From an uncultured Alphaproteobacteria bacterium (lineage in GTDB: Bacteria > Pseudomonadota > Alphaproteobacteria > Rhodobacterales > Rhodobacteraceae): a stretch of DNA of 64,000 nt. Shown in pieces: positions 15,695 to 24,588 of the stretch (the stretch's first letter is position 1; every line of letters begins with the position of its first letter). The notes under the pieces were generated by a model. It saw only the letters and a program-made list of their open reading frames with translations, was not told where the DNA came from and did not search any database. The stretch covers positions 1,231 to 65,230 of the forward strand of contig CACFXF010000009.1 of the NCBI GenBank assembly GCA_902570265.1, read 5' to 3'. Position numbers and translations under genes: made by a program.

Positions 15695-17479
15695 TCAGTA
15701 TATAATGGAACCTACATTAGGAAGAAAAATAACTGTATTTCCAGAAACAATTAAAAATAATCTATTTAATATTAAATTTTTACCAATCAAACCTTTACTA
15801 ACAAAAAATAATCCTACCCCAATTTGAATTGAGGTTAAAATACTTAAAAGTGGAAAATTGGCAAAATCAATTAACGAAGGGTGACGTATCATAGCAAGTG
15901 GAATGATATATAATCCTAGACCCAAAACTAGAGCAGTTTTGGCAACTTTTAACCAATTCTCTTCTACCATACTTGCTGCAATAAAAACACCTCCACAAAC
16001 AGGTGGTGTGATTGTAGACAAAAGTGCAAACCAGAAAATGAATAAATGTACTAATAGTGGTTTAAGGCCTAAATCAATAAGTGCTGGACCAGCTACAGAT
16101 ACACAGATTACATATGCTGCAGTTGTAGGAACTTCCATTCCTAAAATGAGACATGCAATGGCCGTTAGAAAAAGAGCTAACCATAAATTACCACCAGATA
16201 GGGTAATAATTGAAGATGTTACTTTTATTCCCAACCCTGTTATTCCTAGAACCCCAACTATTAGTGAAGCACAAAGAATAATAGATGCTATTATTGATAC
16301 TTGACGACCTGCAAATAACGATGCGTTAACAATTCTTGTTTTTGTCGTTTTCCAACTAAAATTTAAATTTATGTCAAAAAATAAAAGAAGTAATCCAGAT
16401 AGTATTGCAATTGCTGCTGAAAACTGAGGTGTGTAGCCTGAATACATAAATGCCAACAATACTGAAAATGGAATAAGAAAAAAAAGAGCAGTTTTAATAA
16501 CTGTAGAAATTTGAGGCAACATTTCTACTTTATAAGGTTTTAAATCATATAGTTCAGCATATCGATTAACACCAAGCCAGATAGCAAAAAAATATAGTAA
16601 CGCTGGAATAAAGGCAGCTATTATTATTTGGCTATATGGAATCCCTGTTAATTCAACCATTACGAAAGCACCCGCACCCATAAGTGGTGGCATTATTTGA
16701 CCACCTGTAGATGCAACAGCTTCTACTGCACCAGCAATTTTTTTTGAATATCCTAGTTTTATCATAGTAGGTAATGTAACCATACCAGTTGAAGCAACAT
16801 TAGCTGAAGCAGAACCTGAAATTGAACCAAATAAGGCAGAGGAAATTACTGAAACTTTTGCAGCACCACCCCTTAATCTTCCAGCAGCTACAATCGCAAT
16901 GTTCATAAATCCCTGACCTGCTTCACCTGCATTCAGAATGGCTCCAAAAATTACAAAAACTGCTACAATAGAGACAGATACACCTGTTAATTTTCCCCAT
17001 AATCCTCCTTCAGTAATGATTAAAGTACCCAAAAAACTATTAATTGGAATTCCAGGATGACCAAATTCACCAGGGATCTTATCACCAGTTAATCCATACA
17101 ATAGAAAAATTAGAGTGATCAATGGAAGAGGCCAACCCACTGTACGTCGAGCCATTTCTAGTGTGATAAAAATTAAAATTATCGAAATTAAAAATTGATT
17201 TGTCCCATCCAAAAAACCGTACTGTTCAGATAGTAGAGGCTCATTAATTACAATATAAACACAGCTTAAAATACCAAAAAACGAAAATATATATCCTAAA
17301 AATAGTTGAGGTTTATTTTGAGAAATAAAAATAAAAACCCAAGGTATTGCTAAAGCCATATGCAAAGGTCGAGAAATTAAACTGGGAACAAGTCCTGAGA
17401 AAATAAGATAGATATGAAATAAGATTGATAATAATCCTAGTCCAATCCATATATATTTTATTTCTTTAAGATTAATCAT
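15695..17479 (-). CDS. TRAP transporter fused 4TM/12TM permease (TAXI type)
   Basis: It is about 594 aa and highly hydrophobic, sitting downstream of a TAXI receptor. The start was chosen at MINLKE (AAGGA 9 nt upstream) rather than the ORF-track start at 17509. Confidence 0.8.
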   Translation of the reverse strand: MINLKEIKYIWIGLGLLSILFHIYLIFSGLVPSLISRPLHMALAIPWVFIFISQNKPQLFLGYIFSFFGILSCVYIVINEPLLSEQYGFLDGTNQFLISIILIFITLEMARRTVGWPLPLITLIFLLYGLTGDKIPGEFGHPGIPINSFLGTLIITEGGLWGKLTGVSVSIVAVFVIFGAILNAGEAGQGFMNIAIVAAGRLRGGAAKVSVISSALFGSISGSASANVASTGMVTLPTMIKLGYSKKIAGAVEAVASTGGQIMPPLMGAGAFVMVELTGIPYSQIIIAAFIPALLYFFAIWLGVNRYAELYDLKPYKVEMLPQISTVIKTALFFLIPFSVLLAFMYSGYTPQFSAAIAILSGLLLLFFDINLNFSWKTTKTRIVNASLFAGRQVSIIASIILCASLIVGVLGITGLGIKVTSSIITLSGGNLWLALFLTAIACLILGMEVPTTAAYVICVSVAGPALIDLGLKPLLVHLFIFWFALLSTITPPVCGGVFIAASMVEENWLKVAKTALVLGLGLYIIPLAMIRHPSLIDFANFPLLSILTSIQIGVGLFFVSKGLIGKNLILNRLFLIVSGNTVIFLPNVGSIIY

Positions 17480-17485
17480 TGTGAT

Positions 17486-17518
17486 GTTCCTTAGGTGTAT
17501 TTGATGCACCTAAGGAAC
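17486..17518 (-). promoter_or_regulatory. Perfect 12-bp stem / 9-nt loop hairpin between the TRAP receptor and permease genes
   Basis: GTTCCTTAGGTG (17486-17497) and CACCTAAGGAAC (17507-17518) are exact reverse complements. The stem contains the AAGGA upstream of the permease start. Confidence 0.6.
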
Positions 17519-17530
17519 TAATAAATCATT

Positions 17531-18481
17531 CTAATGGTGAGACTCTAACTTAGCACCAACTTCTTCATAATATTTTTTTGCACCTGGATGAATATCTGTG
17601 AGAATATTATTCAACATATCCATAGAGACACCATTCCACCATTTTGCTGCTTCACCTAAAGATTTTTTATTTTCCCAATAAGTTTTAGTAAGCAGGTAAG
17701 CTGTCTCTTCATTCATATCTAATGTTGTAAAAGCAATTACAGGAAGAGACGTTGTCATAATATCATTGTCTTGTCCAGCATAAGTACCAGCTGGAATTAT
17801 TAACTTTGTACGCTTAGATGCTTTAACCTGATCTTCACTCAAAGATATTACTATTGCACCAGAAGATGCAGCAGCTTCAATTACATTAGGTGCAGGAAAA
17901 GATCCAGCAGTTACAAAACCATCTATCTGTCCATTTTTTAATGCTGGAACTGCATTAGAAAGCTCTACTTCTGCTAATTTTACTTTTCCTTCAAGTCCAA
18001 AAAGTTTTAAGTACTTCGCACCTTCTTTTGCACCAAAGGAACCCTTTCCAAGAAGAATTGTTTTTCCTTCCATTTCTTCAAAACTATTTACCCCAGAGGA
18101 TTGTGACATCACAAAATGCATTGTTAATGACGGGATAGGAAACAAAGCTCTTATTTCATCAAATCTAGGATTTGATTTATCTTTAAACATTGCTTTTCCA
18201 TTTCGAGCTAATTTTATAAGCACAGGAGGTGTGGTGAAAACATAGTTATTAGTTCTACCAATTGCTTCCATAACATTTTGAACTGAGCCTTGGCTTTCTT
18301 CTATAGTTACAATTACCTCACCATTAGAACCTCTTTTCATTGCTTCTGCTATTTCTACTGCCATTTGATAGTATGAAGATGTGGATTTAGCTGACTTATA
18401 TGTAATTCTTGTTTCAGATATTCCATATGAAAAAAATCCAAAAAACAATAAAATGCTAACTGCAAATCTAATTAATTGCAT
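17531..18481 (-). CDS. TRAP transporter solute receptor, TAXI family
   Basis: It is 316 aa with a signal peptide. YYQMAVEIAE..., SQGSVQNV and GAKYLKLFGLEG are typical of TAXI (Imp-like) binding proteins, and the fused permease is adjacent. Confidence 0.8.
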   Translation of the reverse strand: MQLIRFAVSILLFFGFFSYGISETRITYKSAKSTSSYYQMAVEIAEAMKRGSNGEVIVTIEESQGSVQNVMEAIGRTNNYVFTTPPVLIKLARNGKAMFKDKSNPRFDEIRALFPIPSLTMHFVMSQSSGVNSFEEMEGKTILLGKGSFGAKEGAKYLKLFGLEGKVKLAEVELSNAVPALKNGQIDGFVTAGSFPAPNVIEAAASSGAIVISLSEDQVKASKRTKLIIPAGTYAGQDNDIMTTSLPVIAFTTLDMNEETAYLLTKTYWENKKSLGEAAKWWNGVSMDMLNNILTDIHPGAKKYYEEVGAKLESHH

Positions 18482-18629
18482 ATTTAACTCCCTATAAAAT
18501 AATTAATTTACTTTATATAGATTTACATTAAATTTAAGTTTTGAAAAGAAAAACTGTCTTAAAGTATTCTTTAACTCAAAATTTAAAAAGATTTTATTAC
18601 TGCAACCAAAAAAAGTAATCATTGATTAT

Positions 18630-19262
18630 ATGCATGAAATCAAAAAAATTATAGATGAGATAATAAAATATCTTGAAGAAAATATTAGAACTACCGAGGA
18701 AAAATTTGTTGTTAATTCAATAAAAAAATGTGTTTTAGATAAAAAAACACTCAACAGCGTTACACCAAATTCACCTCCAAAACATAAATCATTAATAAAA
18801 GGTTTGTTATCAATATCTTCAGAAAAAATAATACCTTTAAAAAATTCTATATTAGAAGGTTACACCAAATTGTACTGGAAAACTGATGATGGAGAGTATT
18901 ATGAGCAAAACTCGGATATAGGAAGAAATTATTTAAATGGAAATATGAACGCTGAACTTATTGGTCCAAATGATGGGTTTTTTAAATCTGATGAATTGAA
19001 GTTAGGAATTTTTTTATTAGAGCAGAATATATTTTATAAAGATCACAAACATGCGGCTCCAGAATTATATTTGAATTTAACCAATGGAATTAAATGGAGA
19101 ATTGGGGAAAAAAAATGGATAGAAAAGAAATCAGGCTCAATAATTTACAATTCCCCTTACAATCCTCATGGTATGAAAGTTGGGAAAATACCATTTATAT
19201 CAATATGGTGTTGGCCTTATAATCAAGATCAAAAATGTATAGTAATAAATAAAAAATTTTAA
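18630..19262 (+). CDS. Cupin-domain protein, DddL/DddQ-like candidate DMSP lyase
   Basis: HKHAAPELYLNLTNG gives the HxHxxxxExY cupin motif 1. NPHGMKV is motif 2, followed by PFISIWCW, which mirrors the ..LL.L.W.. tail I recall in DddL. At 210 aa it is in the DddQ/DddL size range. Confidence 0.4.
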   Translation: MHEIKKIIDEIIKYLEENIRTTEEKFVVNSIKKCVLDKKTLNSVTPNSPPKHKSLIKGLLSISSEKIIPLKNSILEGYTKLYWKTDDGEYYEQNSDIGRNYLNGNMNAELIGPNDGFFKSDELKLGIFLLEQNIFYKDHKHAAPELYLNLTNGIKWRIGEKKWIEKKSGSIIYNSPYNPHGMKVGKIPFISIWCWPYNQDQKCIVINKKF

Positions 19263-19355
19263 ATTAAAGAATACCAATATTAATGTTTTAATAATTTTTG
19301 TTGTTTTTAATAAGTTTTAGCATTAGTATTTATTTAGCAAGGTTTGGATACTTAA

Positions 19356-19790
19356 ATGTCTAAAAGTCTAGCCATAAAACTTAGTGAAAGAGAACTCATA
19401 ACTGTTGATGAAAATGATCAGTTGTTAGAGGCTATTAAGAAATTAGCAAAATATAACATTGGTGCAATTCCTGTAATAAACAGTAATAAGAAACTTACTG
19501 GGATTATATCAGAAAGAGATATTGTTAAAGAATTAGCCAAAAATGAAAATATGGATTATTCAATCTTATTTGTACATCAGCTTATGACAAAAAAAGTTAT
19601 ATGCTGTGAAAGTGATGTTCTCTCAGATAAGCTAATGGAGTTAATGACAAAAAATAAAGTCAGACATATTCCAATTGTCGACAATAGTAATCATCCCATC
19701 GGAATTGTATCTATTGGGGATGTAGTTAATAGATTAATCGAAAAAATTGAATATGAAAATATGATGTTAAAAGATTTTGTGAGTGGATAA
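19356..19790 (+). CDS. CBS-domain pair protein
   Basis: It is 144 aa with two CBS repeats (IGAIPVINSNKKLTGIISERDIV and VRHIPIVDNSNHPIGIVSIGDVV). Confidence 0.8.
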   Translation: MSKSLAIKLSERELITVDENDQLLEAIKKLAKYNIGAIPVINSNKKLTGIISERDIVKELAKNENMDYSILFVHQLMTKKVICCESDVLSDKLMELMTKNKVRHIPIVDNSNHPIGIVSIGDVVNRLIEKIEYENMMLKDFVSG

Positions 19791-19916
19791 TTCTTTTTTA
19801 AAAATATTTAATAATAAAATTTAGTAGTTAAATATCTATTTAATGAAGTAATTATGTATTATTTCAATATAAATAAAGATATAATTATCAAGAATTAAAA
19901 ATTGCATTATTATTCA

Positions 19917-20546
19917 TTATTTAGTTCCAAACATTCGATCTCCCGCGTCTCCTAATCCAGGCATTATATATCCAATATCGTTTAACTGACGATCAAGTGC
20001 TGCTGTAATGATTGGAACATCTGGATGAGCTTTATTTAAAGTTTGGACACCCTCTGGAGCGGCTAGCAAACAAAGGAACCTTATAGTTTTTGCACCAGCT
20101 TTTTTTAGTAGATCAATTGCTGCACAAGCAGAATTTCCTGTAGCAAGCATAGGGTCTAAAGTTATAACTACTCTCTCATTCAACTCGTTAGGAACCTTAA
20201 AATAATATTGAACAGGTTCTAAGGTTTTTTCATTTCTGTATAATCCAACATACCCTACTCTAGCAGAAGGAATAAGATCCAAAACACCATCAAGAAGGCC
20301 ATTACCAGCTCTTAATATAGAAATTAAAGCTAATTTTTTTCCATCCAAAGAGGGTGCATCAAAATTTTCTATTGGAGTATCAATATTAACTTTTGTCATA
20401 TCAAGGTTCCTAGTTATTTCATAGGCAAGTAATAAACTAGTCTCTCTCAATAACTGTCTAAAGTGATTAGTAGGGGTATCCTTTTTTCTCATTTTAGTTA
20501 ATTTGTGTTGCACAAGAGGGTGATCAACAATCTTTAAGTTTTGCAT
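19917..20546 (-). CDS. upp: Uracil phosphoribosyltransferase
   Basis: It is 209 aa with the PRPP motif [14 protein letters not shown] and the C-terminal [16 protein letters not shown]. Confidence 0.9.
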   Translation of the reverse strand: MQNLKIVDHPLVQHKLTKMRKKDTPTNHFRQLLRETSLLLAYEITRNLDMTKVNIDTPIENFDAPSLDGKKLALISILRAGNGLLDGVLDLIPSARVGYVGLYRNEKTLEPVQYYFKVPNELNERVVITLDPMLATGNSACAAIDLLKKAGAKTIRFLCLLAAPEGVQTLNKAHPDVPIITAALDRQLNDIGYIMPGLGDAGDRMFGTK

Positions 20547-20563
20547 TTTTTCTCCAAATGTTA

Positions 20564-21784
20564 TTAAATTTTAAAAATATTTTTTCCTTCTAACTTTCCT
20601 TTTAAACGAAGAAACTCAGCCATAGTTGTGCCTACATCAGAAAAGAGTATTTTACCATTATTCCCTTTTTTTGCATAATCTCCAACCATTAATACAGGAA
20701 CTCTTTCTCTCGTATGATCGGTTCCTCTAAAAGTAGGATCATTGCCATGATCAGCAGTAATAATAAGAAAATCATTAGAATTTATTACGTTTAATAATTT
20801 TTCTATTTTTAAGTCAAATTTTTCTAGAGCTGAAGCAAAGCCAGCAACATCTCTCCTATGACCATATAATGAATCAAATTCGACAAAATTAGCAAAAATT
20901 AAATCACCGTCCTTTGCTTTTTTTATAACTTTTATCATCTCATTAAATAAATTATCATCACTTAAACCAGAAATACTCGTGGAAATACCTCTATGGGAAA
21001 AAATATCAGAAATCTTTCCAATAGCATGACATGATCTGTTATTTTCTAAAACTAAATCACAAAGTGTTTTATTAGAAGGAGGCAGTGTATAGTCCTTTCT
21101 ATTTTTTGTCCTATAAAAATTATTAACTTGACTACCCAAAAAAGGTCTAGCAATTACTCTACCTACTTTTAAAGAGTGAAAGACTTCTGCAGAAAACTGA
21201 CATAATTGATAAAGTTTTTCTAATCCAAAATATTTTTCATGACATGCTATTTGAACAACACTATCTCTAGATGTATAAAATATAGGTTTTAGGCTAAGAA
21301 TATGCTCATTACCAAATTTTTTAATTATTTCAGTTCCTGAAGAATGACAGTTTCCCAAAATACCAGACAATGCAAACTTACTAATAATTAGACTGATTTG
21401 CTTATCAGGAAAAGAATGTGATTTATTTTCAAAATACTTCCAATCCCACTGTAAGGGAGTCCCAGCTAATTCCCAATGACCTGTAGGTGTATCCTTACCC
21501 TTACTAACTTCTGTTGCACATGCAAATGAAGCCTTCTTTGAACAAAAATAATTATTATTTTCTGAATAATGATTATTAGCTAAAGCATGAGAAGCAAAAA
21601 TACCTAACTTAGCTAAGTGAGGTATCCTTAATTTACCAAATCGTTTTAAATTTGCTTCACCTTTCACACATGCTTTTCTAATATTACCTAATGTATCTGC
21701 GCCTTGATCATCAAAATTTTTTGCGTCAGGTGCACCACCTATTCCAACGGCATCTAAAACTATTAAAATTCCTTTTCCAATCAT
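20564..21784 (-). CDS. deoB: Phosphopentomutase
   Basis: It is 406 aa with [25 protein letters not shown] and [13 protein letters not shown]. It overlaps deoA by 4 bp. Confidence 0.9.
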   Translation of the reverse strand: MIGKGILIVLDAVGIGGAPDAKNFDDQGADTLGNIRKACVKGEANLKRFGKLRIPHLAKLGIFASHALANNHYSENNNYFCSKKASFACATEVSKGKDTPTGHWELAGTPLQWDWKYFENKSHSFPDKQISLIISKFALSGILGNCHSSGTEIIKKFGNEHILSLKPIFYTSRDSVVQIACHEKYFGLEKLYQLCQFSAEVFHSLKVGRVIARPFLGSQVNNFYRTKNRKDYTLPPSNKTLCDLVLENNRSCHAIGKISDIFSHRGISTSISGLSDDNLFNEMIKVIKKAKDGDLIFANFVEFDSLYGHRRDVAGFASALEKFDLKIEKLLNVINSNDFLIITADHGNDPTFRGTDHTRERVPVLMVGDYAKKGNNGKILFSDVGTTMAEFLRLKGKLEGKNIFKI

Positions 21785-23091
21785 TCAAAATGCTCAACAA
21801 TCATCTTTTTATTGAAATTTTCTTCACTTTCTCCAATTTCAAAAGATTCAATAATTTCTTTTTCGGCGATATTAAATGACTCTTGGTCTCGGGCATAAAG
21901 TGTACATATTGGTTGATTTTTCTCAACATAAGTACCTAATTCTATTAATAATTTCATCCCAACAGAAAAATCAATATCATCCTCAACCTTTTGACGACCT
22001 CCTCCTAAAAGGATTAAGATATTACCTAAATTTTTTGTATTAATTTTTTTTACATAACCAGATTTTTTACAGCATATATTTTTTTGTATATTTGATGGAG
22101 TTAAATAGTTTTTTGGTTTTTCAAAAAAGTCTTTTGCCCCTCCTAACTCACCAACCATTTGTGAAAATTTTTCAGCAGCTTTACCAGAAGATAAAACTGA
22201 AGAAATTAATGATTGAGCCTCCTTTTTATTTTTGCAGATATTTGAAGAACAAAGTATACTTACCCCAAGTGATTTTGATATTTCCAATAATCTATAATCT
22301 TTTGAACTTCCTTTTAAAATATCAATTGCAGCTAAAACCTCTAATGAATTTCCTATACTTTGAGATAGAGGCTGATTCATATCTGTGACTAATGCAGTTG
22401 TCTTACAGCCACTTTCATTAGAAACAGTAACAAGAGACTTAGCAAGATTACTAGCTTCATTAAAATCTTGCATAAATGCTCCATTCCCAAATTTAACGTC
22501 TATCACAAGTCCTTCCAAACCAGCTGCTAATTTTTTTGAAAGAATTGAAGCTGTTATCAAATCTATAGATTCAACTGTTCCTGTCACATCCCTTATGGCA
22601 TAGAGTCTTTTATCTGCGGGTGCTAACTCATTAGTTTGTCCAATTATTGCACACCCAACTTTGCTTACTACTCTTCTTAATAATGCCTCATTTGGTGAAG
22701 TATTATAACCAGGAATGGAGTCAAACTTATCTAATGTTCCACCAGTATGTCCTAAACCTCTACCCGAAATCATCGGAACATAAGCTCCACAAGCTGCTAA
22801 GACTGGTGCTAATATTAATGAAACAGTATCACCAACACCTCCTGTTGAATGTTTATCAATTATGGGTCCTGGTAAATCCCAAGATAGTGTTTTACCACTA
22901 TTCTTCATTGCCAAAGTAAGTTGAACTCTTTCTTCAAAAGTCATCCCTTTTAAACAAATAGCCATTGCTAAAGAAGCAATTTGTCCTTCAGAAAGATGAT
23001 TACTAGTAAGATTGGAAATAAACCAATTAATTTCGTTTTTAGTTAACTCTTTTCCTAATCTTTTTTTTAATATTAATTCTTTAAATAACAT
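21781..23091 (-). CDS. deoA: Thymidine (pyrimidine-nucleoside) phosphorylase
   Basis: It is 436 aa with IDKHSTGGVGDTVSL and SGRGLGHTGGTLDK. Confidence 0.9.
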   Translation of the reverse strand: MLFKELILKKRLGKELTKNEINWFISNLTSNHLSEGQIASLAMAICLKGMTFEERVQLTLAMKNSGKTLSWDLPGPIIDKHSTGGVGDTVSLILAPVLAACGAYVPMISGRGLGHTGGTLDKFDSIPGYNTSPNEALLRRVVSKVGCAIIGQTNELAPADKRLYAIRDVTGTVESIDLITASILSKKLAAGLEGLVIDVKFGNGAFMQDFNEASNLAKSLVTVSNESGCKTTALVTDMNQPLSQSIGNSLEVLAAIDILKGSSKDYRLLEISKSLGVSILCSSNICKNKKEAQSLISSVLSSGKAAEKFSQMVGELGGAKDFFEKPKNYLTPSNIQKNICCKKSGYVKKINTKNLGNILILLGGGRQKVEDDIDFSVGMKLLIELGTYVEKNQPICTLYARDQESFNIAEKEIIESFEIGESEENFNKKMIVEHFE

Positions 23092-23110
23092 GATTACTTT
23101 ATAATTAGTA

Positions 23111-23536
23111 TTATTTTAAATCATCAAATTCAGAAAAACTGTAAGGGAGAAGTTCTTCAAGAGAGAATAATTTATACTCCCATTTTATGTTACAAAGATA
23201 AATCTTAGTCTTTTCTGATGAAAATTCTCTAATTTTTTGCCTACATCCTCCACATGGACTTACTATATTTTCAGATTTAGAAATAATATAAATTTCTTTA
23301 ATAGTTTTGCATCCGCCTGCAATCATTGCACTTATTGCACCTGCTTCTGCACAGGTACCTTCTGGATAAGCTGCATTTTCGACATTACATCCACCAAACA
23401 ACCTATTTCTTTCTGATAAAATGGCCGCACCTACTGAGAAATTTGAATAAGGAGCATATGCATTTAACATCATTGAATGAGATAATTCTAATATCTTTTT
23501 ATTTTTTTCTGTTTTAATAAGTTTCAAATCTTGCAT
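23111..23536 (-). CDS. cdd: Cytidine deaminase
   Basis: It is 141 aa with the zinc motifs CAEAGAI and PCGGCRQ. Confidence 0.9.
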   Translation of the reverse strand: MQDLKLIKTEKNKKILELSHSMMLNAYAPYSNFSVGAAILSERNRLFGGCNVENAAYPEGTCAEAGAISAMIAGGCKTIKEIYIISKSENIVSPCGGCRQKIREFSSEKTKIYLCNIKWEYKLFSLEELLPYSFSEFDDLK

Positions 23537-23634
23537 CTCTTTGTATTTTCAAATTTTCTTTACCATAGAAAATATAAGAGGTAATATAAACATAGTTTTT
23601 TAATATTACCAAACAAATTGAAAGGCGCTAATAA

Positions 23635-24579
23635 TTGTCCCAGTCTCAACAATTTGATTTAGATATTAATCTAATTCTAAGTCAGAAAGTCAATTTAAGT
23701 GCTGTTGAAAGGCGCTGTGAGTCTATTATTAAAAGAAGGTCGGTTAAGAAAAAAAGTCAAGTAGAATGGTTATTAAATACTATCGAATTTATGGACTTAA
23801 CAACTTTAGCTGGTGATGATACGCCAGGAAGAGTAAGTCGTCTTTGTCATAAAGCATTAAATCCAGTAAGAAAAGATATTCTAAATGATTTAGGAATTTC
23901 AGATCATATCTCAGCAGCAGCTGTTTGTGTTTATCCTAATTTAGTTAAAGAAGCAAAATTATCTATTGGAAAATACAAAATCCCAATAGCCTCTGTTGCA
24001 ACAGGATTTCCCACAGGTCAAATTCCTGAAAGTATTAAAATATCTGAAATAAAAGCTGCAATTAGAGATGGAGCAAGAGAAATAGATGTTGTAATCAATA
24101 GAGATAAAGTTCTTACAGGTAAATGGAAAGCACTATATGAAGATATAAAACAATATAAAACAGTTTGTGGGCAAAACCATTTAAAAGTAATAATCGGTGC
24201 TGGCGATTTGGGAACATTACGAAATGTTGTCAAGGCTAGCTGGGTTTCTATGATGGCTGGAGCTGATTTTATTAAAACATCAACTGGTAAGGAACCTACC
24301 AATGCAACATTACCAGTTTCACTCGTAATGATTAGAGCTATAAGAGATTTTTATGATTTAACTGGTAAAAAAATTGGATTCAAAGCAGCTGGTGGTATTT
24401 CTAAATCCAAACAAGCGATTAATTATCTTATTCTAATGAGAGAAGAATTCGATAATGATTGGCTTAATAAAAACTTATTCAGAATAGGAGCTTCTTCTCT
24501 TCTGGCTGATGTTGAAAGACAATTAGAACATCATAGTACAGGGTCTTATTCTGCTGATAATCGCCATCCAATTGTATAG
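23635..24579 (+). CDS. deoC: Deoxyribose-phosphate aldolase (long form)
   Basis: It has a TTG start and is 314 aa. The Schiff-base region is ADFIKTSTGK, and GFKAAGGI is present. Confidence 0.85.
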   Translation: MSQSQQFDLDINLILSQKVNLSAVERRCESIIKRRSVKKKSQVEWLLNTIEFMDLTTLAGDDTPGRVSRLCHKALNPVRKDILNDLGISDHISAAAVCVYPNLVKEAKLSIGKYKIPIASVATGFPTGQIPESIKISEIKAAIRDGAREIDVVINRDKVLTGKWKALYEDIKQYKTVCGQNHLKVIIGAGDLGTLRNVVKASWVSMMAGADFIKTSTGKEPTNATLPVSLVMIRAIRDFYDLTGKKIGFKAAGGISKSKQAINYLILMREEFDNDWLNKNLFRIGASSLLADVERQLEHHSTGSYSADNRHPIV

Positions 24580-24588
24580 GATTTTGAT

